Source: Veleropilina oligotropha
Taxonomy: Eukaryota
NCBI GenBank assembly: GCA_048128005.1
Contig: JBEUKZ010000107.1
Coordinates: forward strand, 248,001 to 312,000
DNA length: 64,000 nucleotides
Reading direction: 5' to 3'
Below, piece after piece: positions 41,128-50,703 of this stretch (within the stretch, counting starts at the first letter, position 1; each line of letters begins with the position of its first letter). Under the pieces are notes generated by a model. It was not told the DNA's origin, did not search any database, and worked only from the letters and a program-made list of their open reading frames with translations. Made by a program: the position numbers and the translations under genes.

Positions 41128-42161
41128 CGCCTCAGAACCGGCGGCAGTTGGGTGTCACGAGGCACCACGAGAAGTTCCTCACGAACGAACCCACGCGGTG
41201 GTCCATCAAGCAAGTAGTAGAGCACAGGCTCGTCAGGTTTAGTGACAGAGCGTCCAAGCCTGTGAACCGTCAAAGACCACACCGGGTCAGTAGCGCGGCG
41301 GCGACCACCCTCCAACTCACCGGGTTGGTATAGGTAGCGAACATCTACGTCAGAGGGGAGTTTCTGTTCCTTCCCCTGTCGGCCTGGAACAGTGGCGCCT
41401 GGCTTTTGTGCAACACGAGGTGCCTTGATGGCGTTCTTGGGCTTTTTACCGGTCAGCCTGGTCACTTCCCCATTCAACGCCGCAACTACAGCTGCTAGCC
41501 TGGCGACCCACTCAGTCGACCTTTGACCCTTTTTCGCAGACCCTGTAAAACTCATCTCTGTTGCATACTGGTGCCCGAAGAGCCGCTCAGCGAGCGTCCG
41601 GTTGAAGCGCTCCACGATCCCTTGATCGCGATGGAGATCCACACGGCCACGCCTAACCTCGACGTTATTTGTCGCCAGCAGCTGGGACACCGCGCCCATA
41701 AACTCCCGCCCTGGATCAACCTGAAGCAATTTCGGCCAGCTAAGAGGACTCCGCCTGTAGATTCGAGACAGAGCTTCAGCAACCCCTTTGGCCTCTTTTG
41801 TGGCCAATGGCTCAGCTTCTTTATAGCGACTGGCCACATCAACCACAGTCAGAGCGTACTTGTATGTTTTACGACCGACCTTGTCATGTGGGAGAAACAG
41901 GAGATCGGCTTGGTGAACCTCGTTCGGCGTTACGACGTCGAATTTTGGTCTTGGAATCCGCCGTGGCGCAGGTAAATAGATTTGCCAGATGGCCTGATTC
42001 TTCAGCCAATCCCGGGCCACGTCTTCAGAGACATCTACCGCGGCCGAGAGATGTTTTATCGCGGCGATCCCTTTCCAGTAGCCTCGGGGGCTATAGTAGC
42101 TATTCGCAAGCTTCCGGTTCATTCCGCGCCCTCGAGTTCTTTTGCCGGTCTTCGCTGCCAT
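41124..42161 (-). CDS. Retroviral-like (rve, DDE) integrase of Polinton type
   Basis: HQADL...LTVVDVASRY...QVDPGREF...GIVERFNRTL with the D-D-E triad intact. The start could alternatively be the ATG at 42122. Confidence 0.93.
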   Translation of the reverse strand: MAAKTGKRTRGRGMNRKLANSYYSPRGYWKGIAAIKHLSAAVDVSEDVARDWLKNQAIWQIYLPAPRRIPRPKFDVVTPNEVHQADLLFLPHDKVGRKTYKYALTVVDVASRYKEAEPLATKEAKGVAEALSRIYRRSPLSWPKLLQVDPGREFMGAVSQLLATNNVEVRRGRVDLHRDQGIVERFNRTLAERLFGHQYATEMSFTGSAKKGQRSTEWVARLAAVVAALNGEVTRLTGKKPKNAIKAPRVAQKPGATVPGRQGKEQKLPSDVDVRYLYQPGELEGGRRRATDPVWSLTVHRLGRSVTKPDEPVLYYLLDGPPRGFVREELLVVPRDTQLPPVLRR

Positions 42162-42381
42162 CGAGACTGGCAATGTATTCCAGTAAACTGATCAGTCTCC
42201 AACAGGCTTCAGCTTCCGGAGCCGGTCGCTGCGCAGTCGTCTCCCAAAGGTTGGTCGGGCCCGAGAGCACTAGGACCGCGAACCGCACCATAGTCTTTTC
42301 GTCGCGGCGCCAGCAGTCGAGTAACGTAGTACTATAGCCGACCGCAAGCATAGCGCAGTACAGCTCTTCTGGGAGCCCCAT
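42100..42381 (-). CDS. Hypothetical viral protein (~93 aa)
   Basis: ATG ORF that fills the gap in a co-oriented, tightly packed gene run. Confidence 0.45.
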   Translation of the reverse strand: MGLPEELYCAMLAVGYSTTLLDCWRRDEKTMVRFAVLVLSGPTNLWETTAQRPAPEAEACWRLISLLEYIASLDGSEDRQKNSRARNEPEACE

Positions 42382-42422
42382 TATTATACCTGGCACACGA
42401 AAAAAATGTCCACTGGAAATAA

Positions 42423-42851
42423 TTAGGCGAGCTTGTAGGCGACCAACCCGGTCGCAGCCATCCCCAGGATGACGAAGGTGATCTCACGTCCCTTCTGGCC
42501 ATCGCTCGGTGTGTAGTAGTCAGACAGGGCGGGCTCAGGGCCACCCCCCAGGCCGGGGTCAAGGTTCTTGCCGGTGATCAATGCATACTCACGGATCGCG
42601 GCGTCAACATCCCGGAATGTGCCAACGGCATGACCCTGGCGGCGAAGTTCAACGTTCAGCCAGTCGAGACGCTCTGCCCTCTGTTGTGACCATTTAGTCT
42701 GAGCAGCGTTGAGCTGTTCTACAGCAATGTCGTGGCGTTTACGCTCCGCATCGACACCGGAGCTGCGTAGCTTCGAGAAGAGGAAGTTGGAGCCGCTGAA
42801 GGCGAGGGCGTTGACGAGAGCGCCCCCAACCAGCATCGCAATGGAAGCCAT
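42423..42851 (-). CDS. Putative virion membrane protein (hydrophobic N- and C-termini, central coiled coil)
   Basis: MASIAMLVGGALVNALAFSG... and ...ITFVILGMAATGLVAYKLA. Confidence 0.75.
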   Translation of the reverse strand: MASIAMLVGGALVNALAFSGSNFLFSKLRSSGVDAERKRHDIAVEQLNAAQTKWSQQRAERLDWLNVELRRQGHAVGTFRDVDAAIREYALITGKNLDPGLGGGPEPALSDYYTPSDGQKGREITFVILGMAATGLVAYKLA

Positions 42852-42882
42852 TGAAATGCTGCGATTATCTAGCAAGGTCCCA

Positions 42883-43122
42883 CTACTTCAATATATCGGC
42901 CGGAATGATGCCTTGCTTGATCAGCATGTCTTTCGTCGCCATGGCGAGCGCTACGTCGAGGACAACCATCCCGACATCGTACCCCGTGAAGTCAAGTTTG
43001 GGGCTCGCCCCCTTGAATACCATCTTTGTCAGGCGTGCGTAGCCTATGGCGAGGCCTGACACTATAGCGGCGTGGTATACAGCGTTGCCGAGCATCTTTC
43101 CATCAGTGATTGGGGTAGTCAT
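42883..43122 (-). CDS. Small hydrophobic protein (79 aa, two hydrophobic helices)
   Basis: ATG ORF within the gene run; AVYHAAIVSGLAIGYA and VGMVVLDVALAMA. Confidence 0.72.
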   Translation of the reverse strand: MTTPITDGKMLGNAVYHAAIVSGLAIGYARLTKMVFKGASPKLDFTGYDVGMVVLDVALAMATKDMLIKQGIIPADILK

Positions 43123-43147
43123 AACTGTTGATTAGTACCGTTTGCGA

Positions 43148-43639
43148 CTATTGCATATGAAAAGGGTTCTGCTTCTTCAATTCGATAGTGGGGGCGGCCC
43201 GAGAGCACCGAGCGTCCGCGTCTGGTGGCTGTTGATGTGGTGTGGATGGACCAGGGTTGCTGCGTTCTGAGGACGTCTTCCAGACAACAAATACCAACGC
43301 AACCGTACCGGCAGCGACGGCTACCTGGGTCCAATTAAATAGGTCCGATTTCCGTGTATCTGGCGCACGCGGTCTTTCTGCGGCTGGAACCGCCTCCCCG
43401 GGCTGTTCTGATGGAACGACAACACTTGTTGGGGCACTCAGGTCTTCTTTCATTTTTCGAACCGCGGCCAGTAGCTTCTCCTGCTTGGCTTTTCGAGCAG
43501 CAGCGCCGGCCCGCCCTGCTGCGACCTTTTTCGGGTCCTTTTTACTCACTGATGAGTCCGTCGAAGAAGTCACCCTCTCTATCGGCTGGCTCTCGATCGG
43601 CTGGCTCTCGATCACTTGGTCCACTTCCGGCGTCGTCAT
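43148..43639 (-). CDS. Single-pass membrane protein with basic KDPKKVAAGR segment and C-terminal NPF
   Basis: TM-like WTQVAVAAGTVALVFVVWK; start placed at MTTPE. Confidence 0.68.
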   Translation of the reverse strand: MTTPEVDQVIESQPIESQPIERVTSSTDSSVSKKDPKKVAAGRAGAAARKAKQEKLLAAVRKMKEDLSAPTSVVVPSEQPGEAVPAAERPRAPDTRKSDLFNWTQVAVAAGTVALVFVVWKTSSERSNPGPSTPHQQPPDADARCSRAAPTIELKKQNPFHMQ

Positions 43640-44327
43640 CTTGATCTGGTATTTTAGGCGGGCAAACATGTCCAAATTGGCAGTGCTTAGCCGTGGTCAA
43701 CGCTGCGGTCAGCGGTGCGAGGTACATGCCATATTTATAATACAGCTCACAGCTTGCAGTGGTCAGGGCATGTGAGATGAACGGGTCGGCCTCCAGGTCG
43801 GCGATCAGTCGTAGCTGGTTTGCTGGTGGAATGGGCAGGAACATCCCAGCTGCCCCCGCGTAGAGATGAATAGCTGAAGTCCCCAGAGTCTTCGTCACAT
43901 CGGCACCGAGTTTCGCTTCATACCTCGCGTGGTGCTTTTCGACCTCGTCGTCAGTCATGTCGTCTATCCGGTCCACTGTGAGGTTACGCCCCATGTATCG
44001 GTGGGCCTGTCCTCCAACGGCTAAGGCTGCAAGCCTCTCACGCTTTGCCGCGCAAACGGAACTTGCGACTCCACTGTTACTGACAGGTTCCTTGCCATCG
44101 GGAGTCAAGCGACAGCTGTTGATGGTCGTTTCTTGTTCGTCATCCATGAGTTGATCGATGAGGCTGTCCATCCTGAAGCGTTTCCAGCATCGCCTCACCG
44201 GTCTAATATAACTGTAAATCCAATACCACAATGTAGCGAGTAGGAGCAAGATCAGGCTCTGGCTGAAAGCAAAAGCTAGATATACAGCGTCCGACATGCG
44301 AGAGCTTGCTGGGCAGCTACTTAGCAT
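43542..44327 (-). CDS. Hypothetical viral protein with N-terminal TM-like segment (261 aa)
   Basis: Long ATG ORF directly downstream of the ATPase; LAFAFSQSLILLLLATLWYWIY. Confidence 0.72.
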   Translation of the reverse strand: MLSSCPASSRMSDAVYLAFAFSQSLILLLLATLWYWIYSYIRPVRRCWKRFRMDSLIDQLMDDEQETTINSCRLTPDGKEPVSNSGVASSVCAAKRERLAALAVGGQAHRYMGRNLTVDRIDDMTDDEVEKHHARYEAKLGADVTKTLGTSAIHLYAGAAGMFLPIPPANQLRLIADLEADPFISHALTTASCELYYKYGMYLAPLTAALTTAKHCQFGHVCPPKIPDQDDDAGSGPSDREPADREPADREGDFFDGLISE

Positions 44328-44338
44328 CTGCTGGGTAG

Positions 44339-44971
44339 CTATAGCACACTATAAGCAACGGGCTGATCAGTTTTCAACAGAAGCTTAGCGTGTCGTGTCT
44401 CGGCCAACAGCCGGCGAACCTCGGTCCGTTCATCCTGCGACGGGATTACATCGTTCTCGCGCAGACAGTCCTCGAAACTGTCGCGGTCCTTGCAATGGAA
44501 CAGTGCGACCCAGCGGGTCTGCTCTCTGAGCTCCTTCAAGACCGAGTTGTACTTTTGCGTCACTACCCATACGCTCTGGGAAGCATGCCTGCCGCTGAAG
44601 GCCAACAAAGTCAGCATGTCCCGTTTCTTTGCCATAGCCTTGCTCGCGGCGCAATCGTCGATGATATATAAAGTTGATTCCCCCTGAAACAGTCGGTAGA
44701 ACCCCCGCAGCCAGTCATGGAGTCGCTCACCCGGGGGGACTAAATACACCTCAGGGTCGGTCCAGATCCACGGACAAGACTGGTATGCTTTGTTGTACTT
44801 GATCGTGGGGCAGAGGACCACGATATGCCGGAAGACGCCTCGATACTCCCCTTCCAGCAGTTCAAGCATGAAAACCGTCTTCCCACAGCCCGTCTGGCCG
44901 CAGATGATTGCGGAGTGGGGGTCCTTGGTGTGCGGAAATCGTTTAGTACAGTGCTTCGACGAATCGGCCAT
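44339..44971 (-). CDS. A32/FtsK-HerA-family genome packaging ATPase
   Basis: Walker A GQTGCGKT, Walker B YIIDD, arginine finger SGRH and downstream VTQ motif. Confidence 0.93.
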   Translation of the reverse strand: MADSSKHCTKRFPHTKDPHSAIICGQTGCGKTVFMLELLEGEYRGVFRHIVVLCPTIKYNKAYQSCPWIWTDPEVYLVPPGERLHDWLRGFYRLFQGESTLYIIDDCAASKAMAKKRDMLTLLAFSGRHASQSVWVVTQKYNSVLKELREQTRWVALFHCKDRDSFEDCLRENDVIPSQDERTEVRRLLAETRHAKLLLKTDQPVAYSVL

Positions 44972-46244
44972 TCTCGATATTCAGCTGTGCGTCCATGATC
45001 ACGAACTCGTAGACGTTCAGTGGACCGGCCGCTTCGGCTGTTTTAGTGATCTGAATAGTAATGCCTTCGCTGGCGTTCTCGACCCTCCGGCCTGACCCGT
45101 GCAACTGATCGTCGTCAGTTACCCGCATATCGATCCAGAGCGCAAATTTCTTAGTCAGAAATTCGCCCAGGGTGACGTCTGCCATCTCCAAGTCCTTTGC
45201 GACCATCGCGACCTCAGGATGCCGCTTGCTGCAGCCGGAGGCGAACATTTTCTTGGCTTCTTCCCAGATCTGGTATGTTCGCATGCCCTGGCTGTAGATT
45301 TGATTCGGGACACCCTCGATTGTGACCTCGACCTTTGTGATCTTCGGATTATAGAAGGCCTCAGTATCGCGAGAGAATGGCGCGGCGTCTCTCGCAGGGT
45401 CCTCGAACAACAGTAGTATTCCTTTCATCGACCTCGCCGGTACGTTCACATTCATATTCCACAACGAGTCGCTCTTGTCTAGGGTGAGCTTCCGATGCCG
45501 GAGAACACGGTCGTACAGGATTACGAGTTGACCCTGGTATTGATTTCGAATCCGTCTGGCAAGCTCGGATTGGGTTACCATGTCATATTCGAGGGATATA
45601 TTGTCGATGGAATAGCTGGAACCGGAGTCGTCCGTCTCCCGGATAGTCCGGGAGTAGTCGTTGAACGTTAGCTCATACTCGAGACGGTCTCCAAGGGCGC
45701 TTTGATAGAATGGCATGTGACTTTCCAACAGCTCGAAATCCAGCGGGATGCGGAATCGGTTACCGTACGCGGCCGCGACCGCGACATCCTCAGACAGTCT
45801 GAAGGCGTCTGCCGCACCAACACGATGCTTCGTAGTGTTGTGTCCATCGCTGGTATCAATCCCCTGGTACTGGGCGTTCTTGCGCTCCCCTGTGGTCTTC
45901 CAGAGATCGCAGTAGCAGTGGTACACGTCGGAGTCGTCAATCGACATGATCTCGTTTCCACTTATCTTTATCGTGGTCTTTCTGATCACGGCACGGCCGA
46001 TATTTTGCACTACAGTCCTATTCGCATTTACCGAGGTCAGAGAGATGGTAAATGCAAGGTGGGCAGTCCCTGGAACGATCACGTCATTCGCCCCGAGATT
46101 AGGGAACCGAACCAGGAGCTGCTGGTTCGGGGCAATCGTTGATGGATTGTTTGTAATCGTGACCGACTGGCGGATGCCCTTGACCGCGAGGGGCTCACGC
46201 AGCCTGCGGTATGGATTAAGCTTGCGTCCGTATACGCTAGTCAT
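44943..46244 (-). CDS. Probable double jelly-roll major capsid protein (~433 aa)
   Basis: Size, alternating beta-strand pattern, no TM segment, directly upstream of the packaging ATPase; first ATG gives MTSVYGRKL. The fold is inferred, not demonstrated. Confidence 0.78.
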   Translation of the reverse strand: MTSVYGRKLNPYRRLREPLAVKGIRQSVTITNNPSTIAPNQQLLVRFPNLGANDVIVPGTAHLAFTISLTSVNANRTVVQNIGRAVIRKTTIKISGNEIMSIDDSDVYHCYCDLWKTTGERKNAQYQGIDTSDGHNTTKHRVGAADAFRLSEDVAVAAAYGNRFRIPLDFELLESHMPFYQSALGDRLEYELTFNDYSRTIRETDDSGSSYSIDNISLEYDMVTQSELARRIRNQYQGQLVILYDRVLRHRKLTLDKSDSLWNMNVNVPARSMKGILLLFEDPARDAAPFSRDTEAFYNPKITKVEVTIEGVPNQIYSQGMRTYQIWEEAKKMFASGCSKRHPEVAMVAKDLEMADVTLGEFLTKKFALWIDMRVTDDDQLHGSGRRVENASEGITIQITKTAEAAGPLNVYEFVIMDAQLNIENGRFVEALY

Positions 46245-46280
46245 GGCTGAATTAGATGCGTATCCCACTGATGTATTCAA

Positions 46281-47594
46281 ATGGCGGAATTCGAGAACCC
46301 CGCATTCGAGCCGGACGATCTCATCGACAACGATGATACCATCATCGACGATACTGATGTGGATCTATCCACCGACCGGTTTATGCCTGTTCTTTCGGAA
46401 CGGCCACAGGAAGGAACCAGCAGTCTTCAGCAAGAGCTCGTTCAGGGCGTGGTTGACGACTACTACAAAGCCCTGGCACAGGAGGGGCAGACCCCAGCCA
46501 CGGGGCGAGATTATTCAAAATTCAAGTATGTGAGGGGAAAATTAGGGAGGGGGGGGAAATTGGTGATGACGGACTACCCCGACATCAATCTCATAAATTC
46601 TCGCACCGGCAACCCCTTGGCGTTGTCAACAATAGCTGGCCGGCCTGGTGGGGGTGATGCAATCCGTGAAGGGTTGGGTTTTGTACACTGGACGCGGGGG
46701 GAAAAAAAGCTGGCCTCAAAAGCGGTTGCAGTTCTTCAGGCAGCCGACACTGAGTTGAGCGGTGCGGCCGCCAATGTCGACACTATGGAACTTCAGGATT
46801 TGGGGCAGACTGCTACTGATGCCTCGGTAGCAATCCACACGATGGAGACGAAATTCACTGATACCGAGGTTGAAGAGATCTTAGGCACAATGGGGGACCC
46901 TCCATTAAATCTTCGTGAGCTTCGTGGGCTTGATAAGGCGATGCAGACCATCCGAGGCGAACTCACGAACAACTTAGCCAAGCTAACGGCGCTGGATGAA
47001 CACATAGAGCTGGAGAAGATGAAGCTCGATCAGGCAGATGAAGAGGGCGGTGTGGATGAGTTCATCCGTCGACGGATCGCGGAACGTCTGCGCGACCTGA
47101 ATGATGAAAGAGCAGCTCGCCTAGAGGCAGCATCATCAAGCCGGGAGGCCCTTCGCTCTCAAATCAGCCGGATCCGAGAGATGATAAGTCGGATCCTGAA
47201 CACCGACACAACGCTGGCCGAGCGTATCCGGACCCTGTTCCGCGAGCAAGGGGTCACGATCGCAACAATACTGACCGCTATCGGGCTCGCCATCTCGACT
47301 TTGGTACTAGCCCTGACAGGTGGAGCAACAAGCCCGCCAACGCCACCACCACCTCCCAGTGGTCAGGGCGGGGTCAAGGAGTGGGTCAAAAAGCAGCTGC
47401 AGAACTTGGGAAGGATTCTAGGCAAACTAGCAGGGAAGGCCGCAGCCGCGCTCCCAGGAATACTTGGAAGCCTGGTCTCCTGGCTAATCAACCTGATTGG
47501 CAAGACAGCATCGTGGCTCGCTGAAAACCTATGGGCACTGGTCATATCAGTTGGGGGCTTGCTTCTTATTGCCGCTAGACAGTGGGTCACGTAA
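46281..47594 (+). CDS. Coiled-coil membrane protein (437 aa)
   Basis: Acidic N-terminus with ENPAF, long heptad region, TM-like VTIATILTAIGLAISTLVLAL, polyproline linker and hydrophobic C-terminal helices. Confidence 0.85.
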   Translation: MAEFENPAFEPDDLIDNDDTIIDDTDVDLSTDRFMPVLSERPQEGTSSLQQELVQGVVDDYYKALAQEGQTPATGRDYSKFKYVRGKLGRGGKLVMTDYPDINLINSRTGNPLALSTIAGRPGGGDAIREGLGFVHWTRGEKKLASKAVAVLQAADTELSGAAANVDTMELQDLGQTATDASVAIHTMETKFTDTEVEEILGTMGDPPLNLRELRGLDKAMQTIRGELTNNLAKLTALDEHIELEKMKLDQADEEGGVDEFIRRRIAERLRDLNDERAARLEAASSSREALRSQISRIREMISRILNTDTTLAERIRTLFREQGVTIATILTAIGLAISTLVLALTGGATSPPTPPPPPSGQGGVKEWVKKQLQNLGRILGKLAGKAAAALPGILGSLVSWLINLIGKTASWLAENLWALVISVGGLLLIAARQWVT

Positions 47595-48882
47595 GCCAAA
47601 TGAACGCTAGGCCAACGACAATGCCGCCCACGATAAGTGCGGTTTTATCCTCGTCATGTTTGGTTGCCCCAGCTGAAACAGCTGCCACTGGGGCCACAGC
47701 CGGCAGAGAGCCACGATGCTTCGGAGTGACCGCATCTGCGGGTAAGACGGCGTCTTGTGGGATGACCAATCCTGTTTCTCCAGTCTCCCCAGTGGCGTTG
47801 AGCGGCACAGGATTGGCCGCGTTCACCGTAGTATTAAGACCTAGGGTCTGGGCTTCCGTGGCAACGACGATCTCATTGTTATAACCAGCCACCTGCCCGA
47901 TCCGAAGGAGCATGTCACTTGGCGCCATGTAAAGGCCGACGCCGAATACGAAGTCTACTTTAGACCTGGCATACTGCAAAACGTCCTGGTACCGTTGGAT
48001 CGCAGCAGGGAGGTCAACGGGGGATGCGATGGCGTCTTCCACGTTCGCCAGGAACTGTTTCTGTGCGTCAAATGCGGTACCACTACCCAGAATACTTGCA
48101 CGCGTTTGAGCCTGCGCTCCAAGAATCGCCCAGACATAGGTCCTGATGGAATCATTGAGCCTTTCCATGCCGGCCCTCGTGAATCCCACCGACCTGTCCA
48201 GAATAAAAGTAGCCCAACCGTTTTTAAGCGCAGGCGCTTGCGCGATGTAGTCCACGTGCAGATTCGTGTTGGTCGTACCTTTGGTGAAGGACATTCGGCT
48301 TGGATCATACTCACGTCCGATGGGGTGGTAGCCGTTGTTCGTCCAGTAGCTGTAAGCGGTGCCTAGTCCGCCGTTGGGACCCTTGACACGCCAGTCGGTA
48401 TGTGGGGACACTCCGAATTCGCTGCAGATCTTTTCATATGCCCTTCGGTCATACGGGGTGTCGAATGCATCCCACGTCCGGTCTTGTGGCAGCGGCGCCT
48501 GAATCTCGGTCAAGATCCTTCTGACCTGATAGTAGACGTGGAAGGTGAATACAGCAGTGGAGAGGGGGGCTGCAGTAGCATTCAAGTGGTCTTCTGAGGA
48601 GATACCGGAACCTGTTGTGGCACACCAAACTGCGAAATTGACTTTGTTCTGCCAGAACCGCATCGGCGTGGTCTGCCAGGCCCTTATCAGCCCGTCACTA
48701 GCGACGTGAGGGAGGCGGTATTTCTGAAAGACGTCGGGGTATGTTGCCCCGAATGTCGTGGTTGAGCCATTACCCACATTGATGCTTGGTCTCGTAAGCT
48801 GCTCATCTTTGATCTTTGCTGGGTACACCACACCGGTCGGATAGGCCGCACTCCTATTGAATACAAAGGCGCTCTTAGCCAT
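47587..48882 (-). CDS. Hypothetical viral protein with C-terminal membrane anchor (431 aa)
   Basis: Long ATG ORF ending TALIVGGIVVGLAFIWLT. Confidence 0.85.
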   Translation of the reverse strand: MAKSAFVFNRSAAYPTGVVYPAKIKDEQLTRPSINVGNGSTTTFGATYPDVFQKYRLPHVASDGLIRAWQTTPMRFWQNKVNFAVWCATTGSGISSEDHLNATAAPLSTAVFTFHVYYQVRRILTEIQAPLPQDRTWDAFDTPYDRRAYEKICSEFGVSPHTDWRVKGPNGGLGTAYSYWTNNGYHPIGREYDPSRMSFTKGTTNTNLHVDYIAQAPALKNGWATFILDRSVGFTRAGMERLNDSIRTYVWAILGAQAQTRASILGSGTAFDAQKQFLANVEDAIASPVDLPAAIQRYQDVLQYARSKVDFVFGVGLYMAPSDMLLRIGQVAGYNNEIVVATEAQTLGLNTTVNAANPVPLNATGETGETGLVIPQDAVLPADAVTPKHRGSLPAVAPVAAVSAGATKHDEDKTALIVGGIVVGLAFIWLT

Positions 48883-48886
48883 AGCT

Positions 48887-49630
48887 ATGTTTCACACATT
48901 AACAAACGTTCAAGAGGGGACCGCGGTTGCCCTCCTGGAGCCGATTGATAACCGGGAATGCAAGAAACTACGTGTCAGCTTGCAGTCGCTCGACTACTGG
49001 GTAGGCTGGCACAACGTGCATGCCGGAGCCTTCTTTAAGACACCGGATACCACGGTCGACGTGGCACCAGGTTTCTACAGCTTCGATGACCTCGCCAAGA
49101 CGATGAAGAGGTCGCTAGTTAACCTACAACTAGATGTAAGCCATGCTACAGGGCTCGCCCGAATCGTGGTCCCAGAGGGGACTCGACTCGCGATAAGCGA
49201 CGATATACGAAAACTCCTCGGCTTAGACCTCTCTTCGTTTATTCTCGATAAAGCAGGGAATCTGAACCAACCGGTTCGGGGAGTACAGGGCCAACCACCT
49301 CCCCCTCCGGAGAGATCCGAGTGGCTACGCCCTGGGACTTATGACGGGAATAAGCCTGTCGGGTTTGCCATAGCGCCAACCCTACACGTTCACCTGGAGC
49401 AGCTCAGTACAACGCACAATGTGAAGGACGGCGCCCCGAGCACTATTCTCGCGGTGGTCCCTATCACGTCGCAGATGTTCGGTGAAGCTGGCCACTATCA
49501 TAGCTATCCCGCCGGCCGGCGACTACAGGCCGGGCTAATCACAGAGTTGAAGGTTTACATCACAGACGCAGACAGTAACCCGATCGACAATCACGGCATG
49601 CCCATTACCGCAGTCCTTGCGATACAATGA
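48887..49630 (+). CDS. Probable minor capsid (penton, single jelly-roll) protein
   Basis: Resembles the Polinton penton pattern: VSLQSL...N...PGFYS..DL...LHVH...ILAVVP...ELKVYITD..SNPID...ITAVL. Confidence 0.68.
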   Translation: MFHTLTNVQEGTAVALLEPIDNRECKKLRVSLQSLDYWVGWHNVHAGAFFKTPDTTVDVAPGFYSFDDLAKTMKRSLVNLQLDVSHATGLARIVVPEGTRLAISDDIRKLLGLDLSSFILDKAGNLNQPVRGVQGQPPPPPERSEWLRPGTYDGNKPVGFAIAPTLHVHLEQLSTTHNVKDGAPSTILAVVPITSQMFGEAGHYHSYPAGRRLQAGLITELKVYITDADSNPIDNHGMPITAVLAIQ

Positions 49631-49989
49631 GCAGCATCTACGGGACCCTCCCCCTACCCCTGCTTGCAGATGAGCCCTCTTCCCCCCCGACCCGGTGGCA
49701 CTTTGTCCTTAATTGTGGGGTAGCGCCCAATAAGGGGCTGGCGAGGAGGGAGTTCATGTTTCCAAACACTAGAGGTCGGTTCGGGTTGAACCCAGCCCTT
49801 CTAATGATCCACCTGACGCCGGTCCAGCCGGCCGGGGGCCCCAAGGCATGTTCCATAAGTAAACTCAGCCTGGATTCGGATAAGTTAACCCTCGCCTTTG
49901 TCATCAAGGCCCCGTGGGTCGGCACTCTGTATTTGAACGTTACAGTAGACATTTTAAACAAACAGGCGGAACAATACAGCCACGTATGA
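49627..49989 (+). CDS. Hypothetical viral protein (120 aa)
   Basis: Joined to both neighbours by ATGA start/stop overlaps. Confidence 0.68.
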   Translation: MSSIYGTLPLPLLADEPSSPPTRWHFVLNCGVAPNKGLARREFMFPNTRGRFGLNPALLMIHLTPVQPAGGPKACSISKLSLDSDKLTLAFVIKAPWVGTLYLNVTVDILNKQAEQYSHV

Positions 49990-50621
49990 TGGACAACAAA
50001 CCCTCAGCGCCAACGCTGTACCCACAACTTGGTGGCGATGTGCCTTCGGAAGTTCCGGAGGCACAGTCTTTCCGACTACAGAAAGTGAATGAGCTCCAGG
50101 GGCAGCTAGAACGAGAACGGGATGCTCGAGCTGCCCTGTACAAAAAGTACCGCCGAGGCGTTAATGTCATTGATGGAATTGATTCGGGCCTGGTCGTGGC
50201 GACCCTAGGTATGGGTAGCGCTGGAATTGGTCTACTGTCCACAATTGTAGCCGCCCCGGTCGTCCTAGTGCTGGAACTAGCGGCATTAGGGTGTGGGCTC
50301 GCTAGTATGGGTGGGAAATATATCAGCCGGCGCCTCGGGGTGAAGGCTAAGAAACACGACGAGATTCGAGTCCTGGCCGACAGCAAGCTGAATACCATAA
50401 CCGACCACGTCTCAAAGGCATTATCGGACGGGGTGATGTCTGATGATGAATTCCAACTGGTCACAGGGGAGATGGAGAAATACCAAGCCATGAAGGCATC
50501 AATCCGGGATAAGAGTAGGAAGGCGCACACCGCGATTTCACAGACCCAAAGCGAGCTTATTGAGCGAGGTCGTTTAGAGGGTCGCGCAGAGCTGCTGAAA
50601 AAAATCGGAGCTGGCGACTAA
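49986..50621 (+). CDS. Coiled-coil protein with hydrophobic hairpin and N-terminal PSAP-T-LYPQL late-domain-like motifs
   Basis: MMDNKPSAPTLYPQL...; central GLVVATLGMGSAGIGLLSTIVAAPVVLVLELAALGCGLA flanked by charged helices. Confidence 0.82.
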   Translation: MMDNKPSAPTLYPQLGGDVPSEVPEAQSFRLQKVNELQGQLERERDARAALYKKYRRGVNVIDGIDSGLVVATLGMGSAGIGLLSTIVAAPVVLVLELAALGCGLASMGGKYISRRLGVKAKKHDEIRVLADSKLNTITDHVSKALSDGVMSDDEFQLVTGEMEKYQAMKASIRDKSRKAHTAISQTQSELIERGRLEGRAELLKKIGAGD

Positions 50622-50703
50622 CTATCCAGGTTGAGCGTTGCCACGACTACCCCGCTCCTCCCCCGTATTAAAGCTAGAAATCGACAGTGGTATCTGGACA
50701 ACC

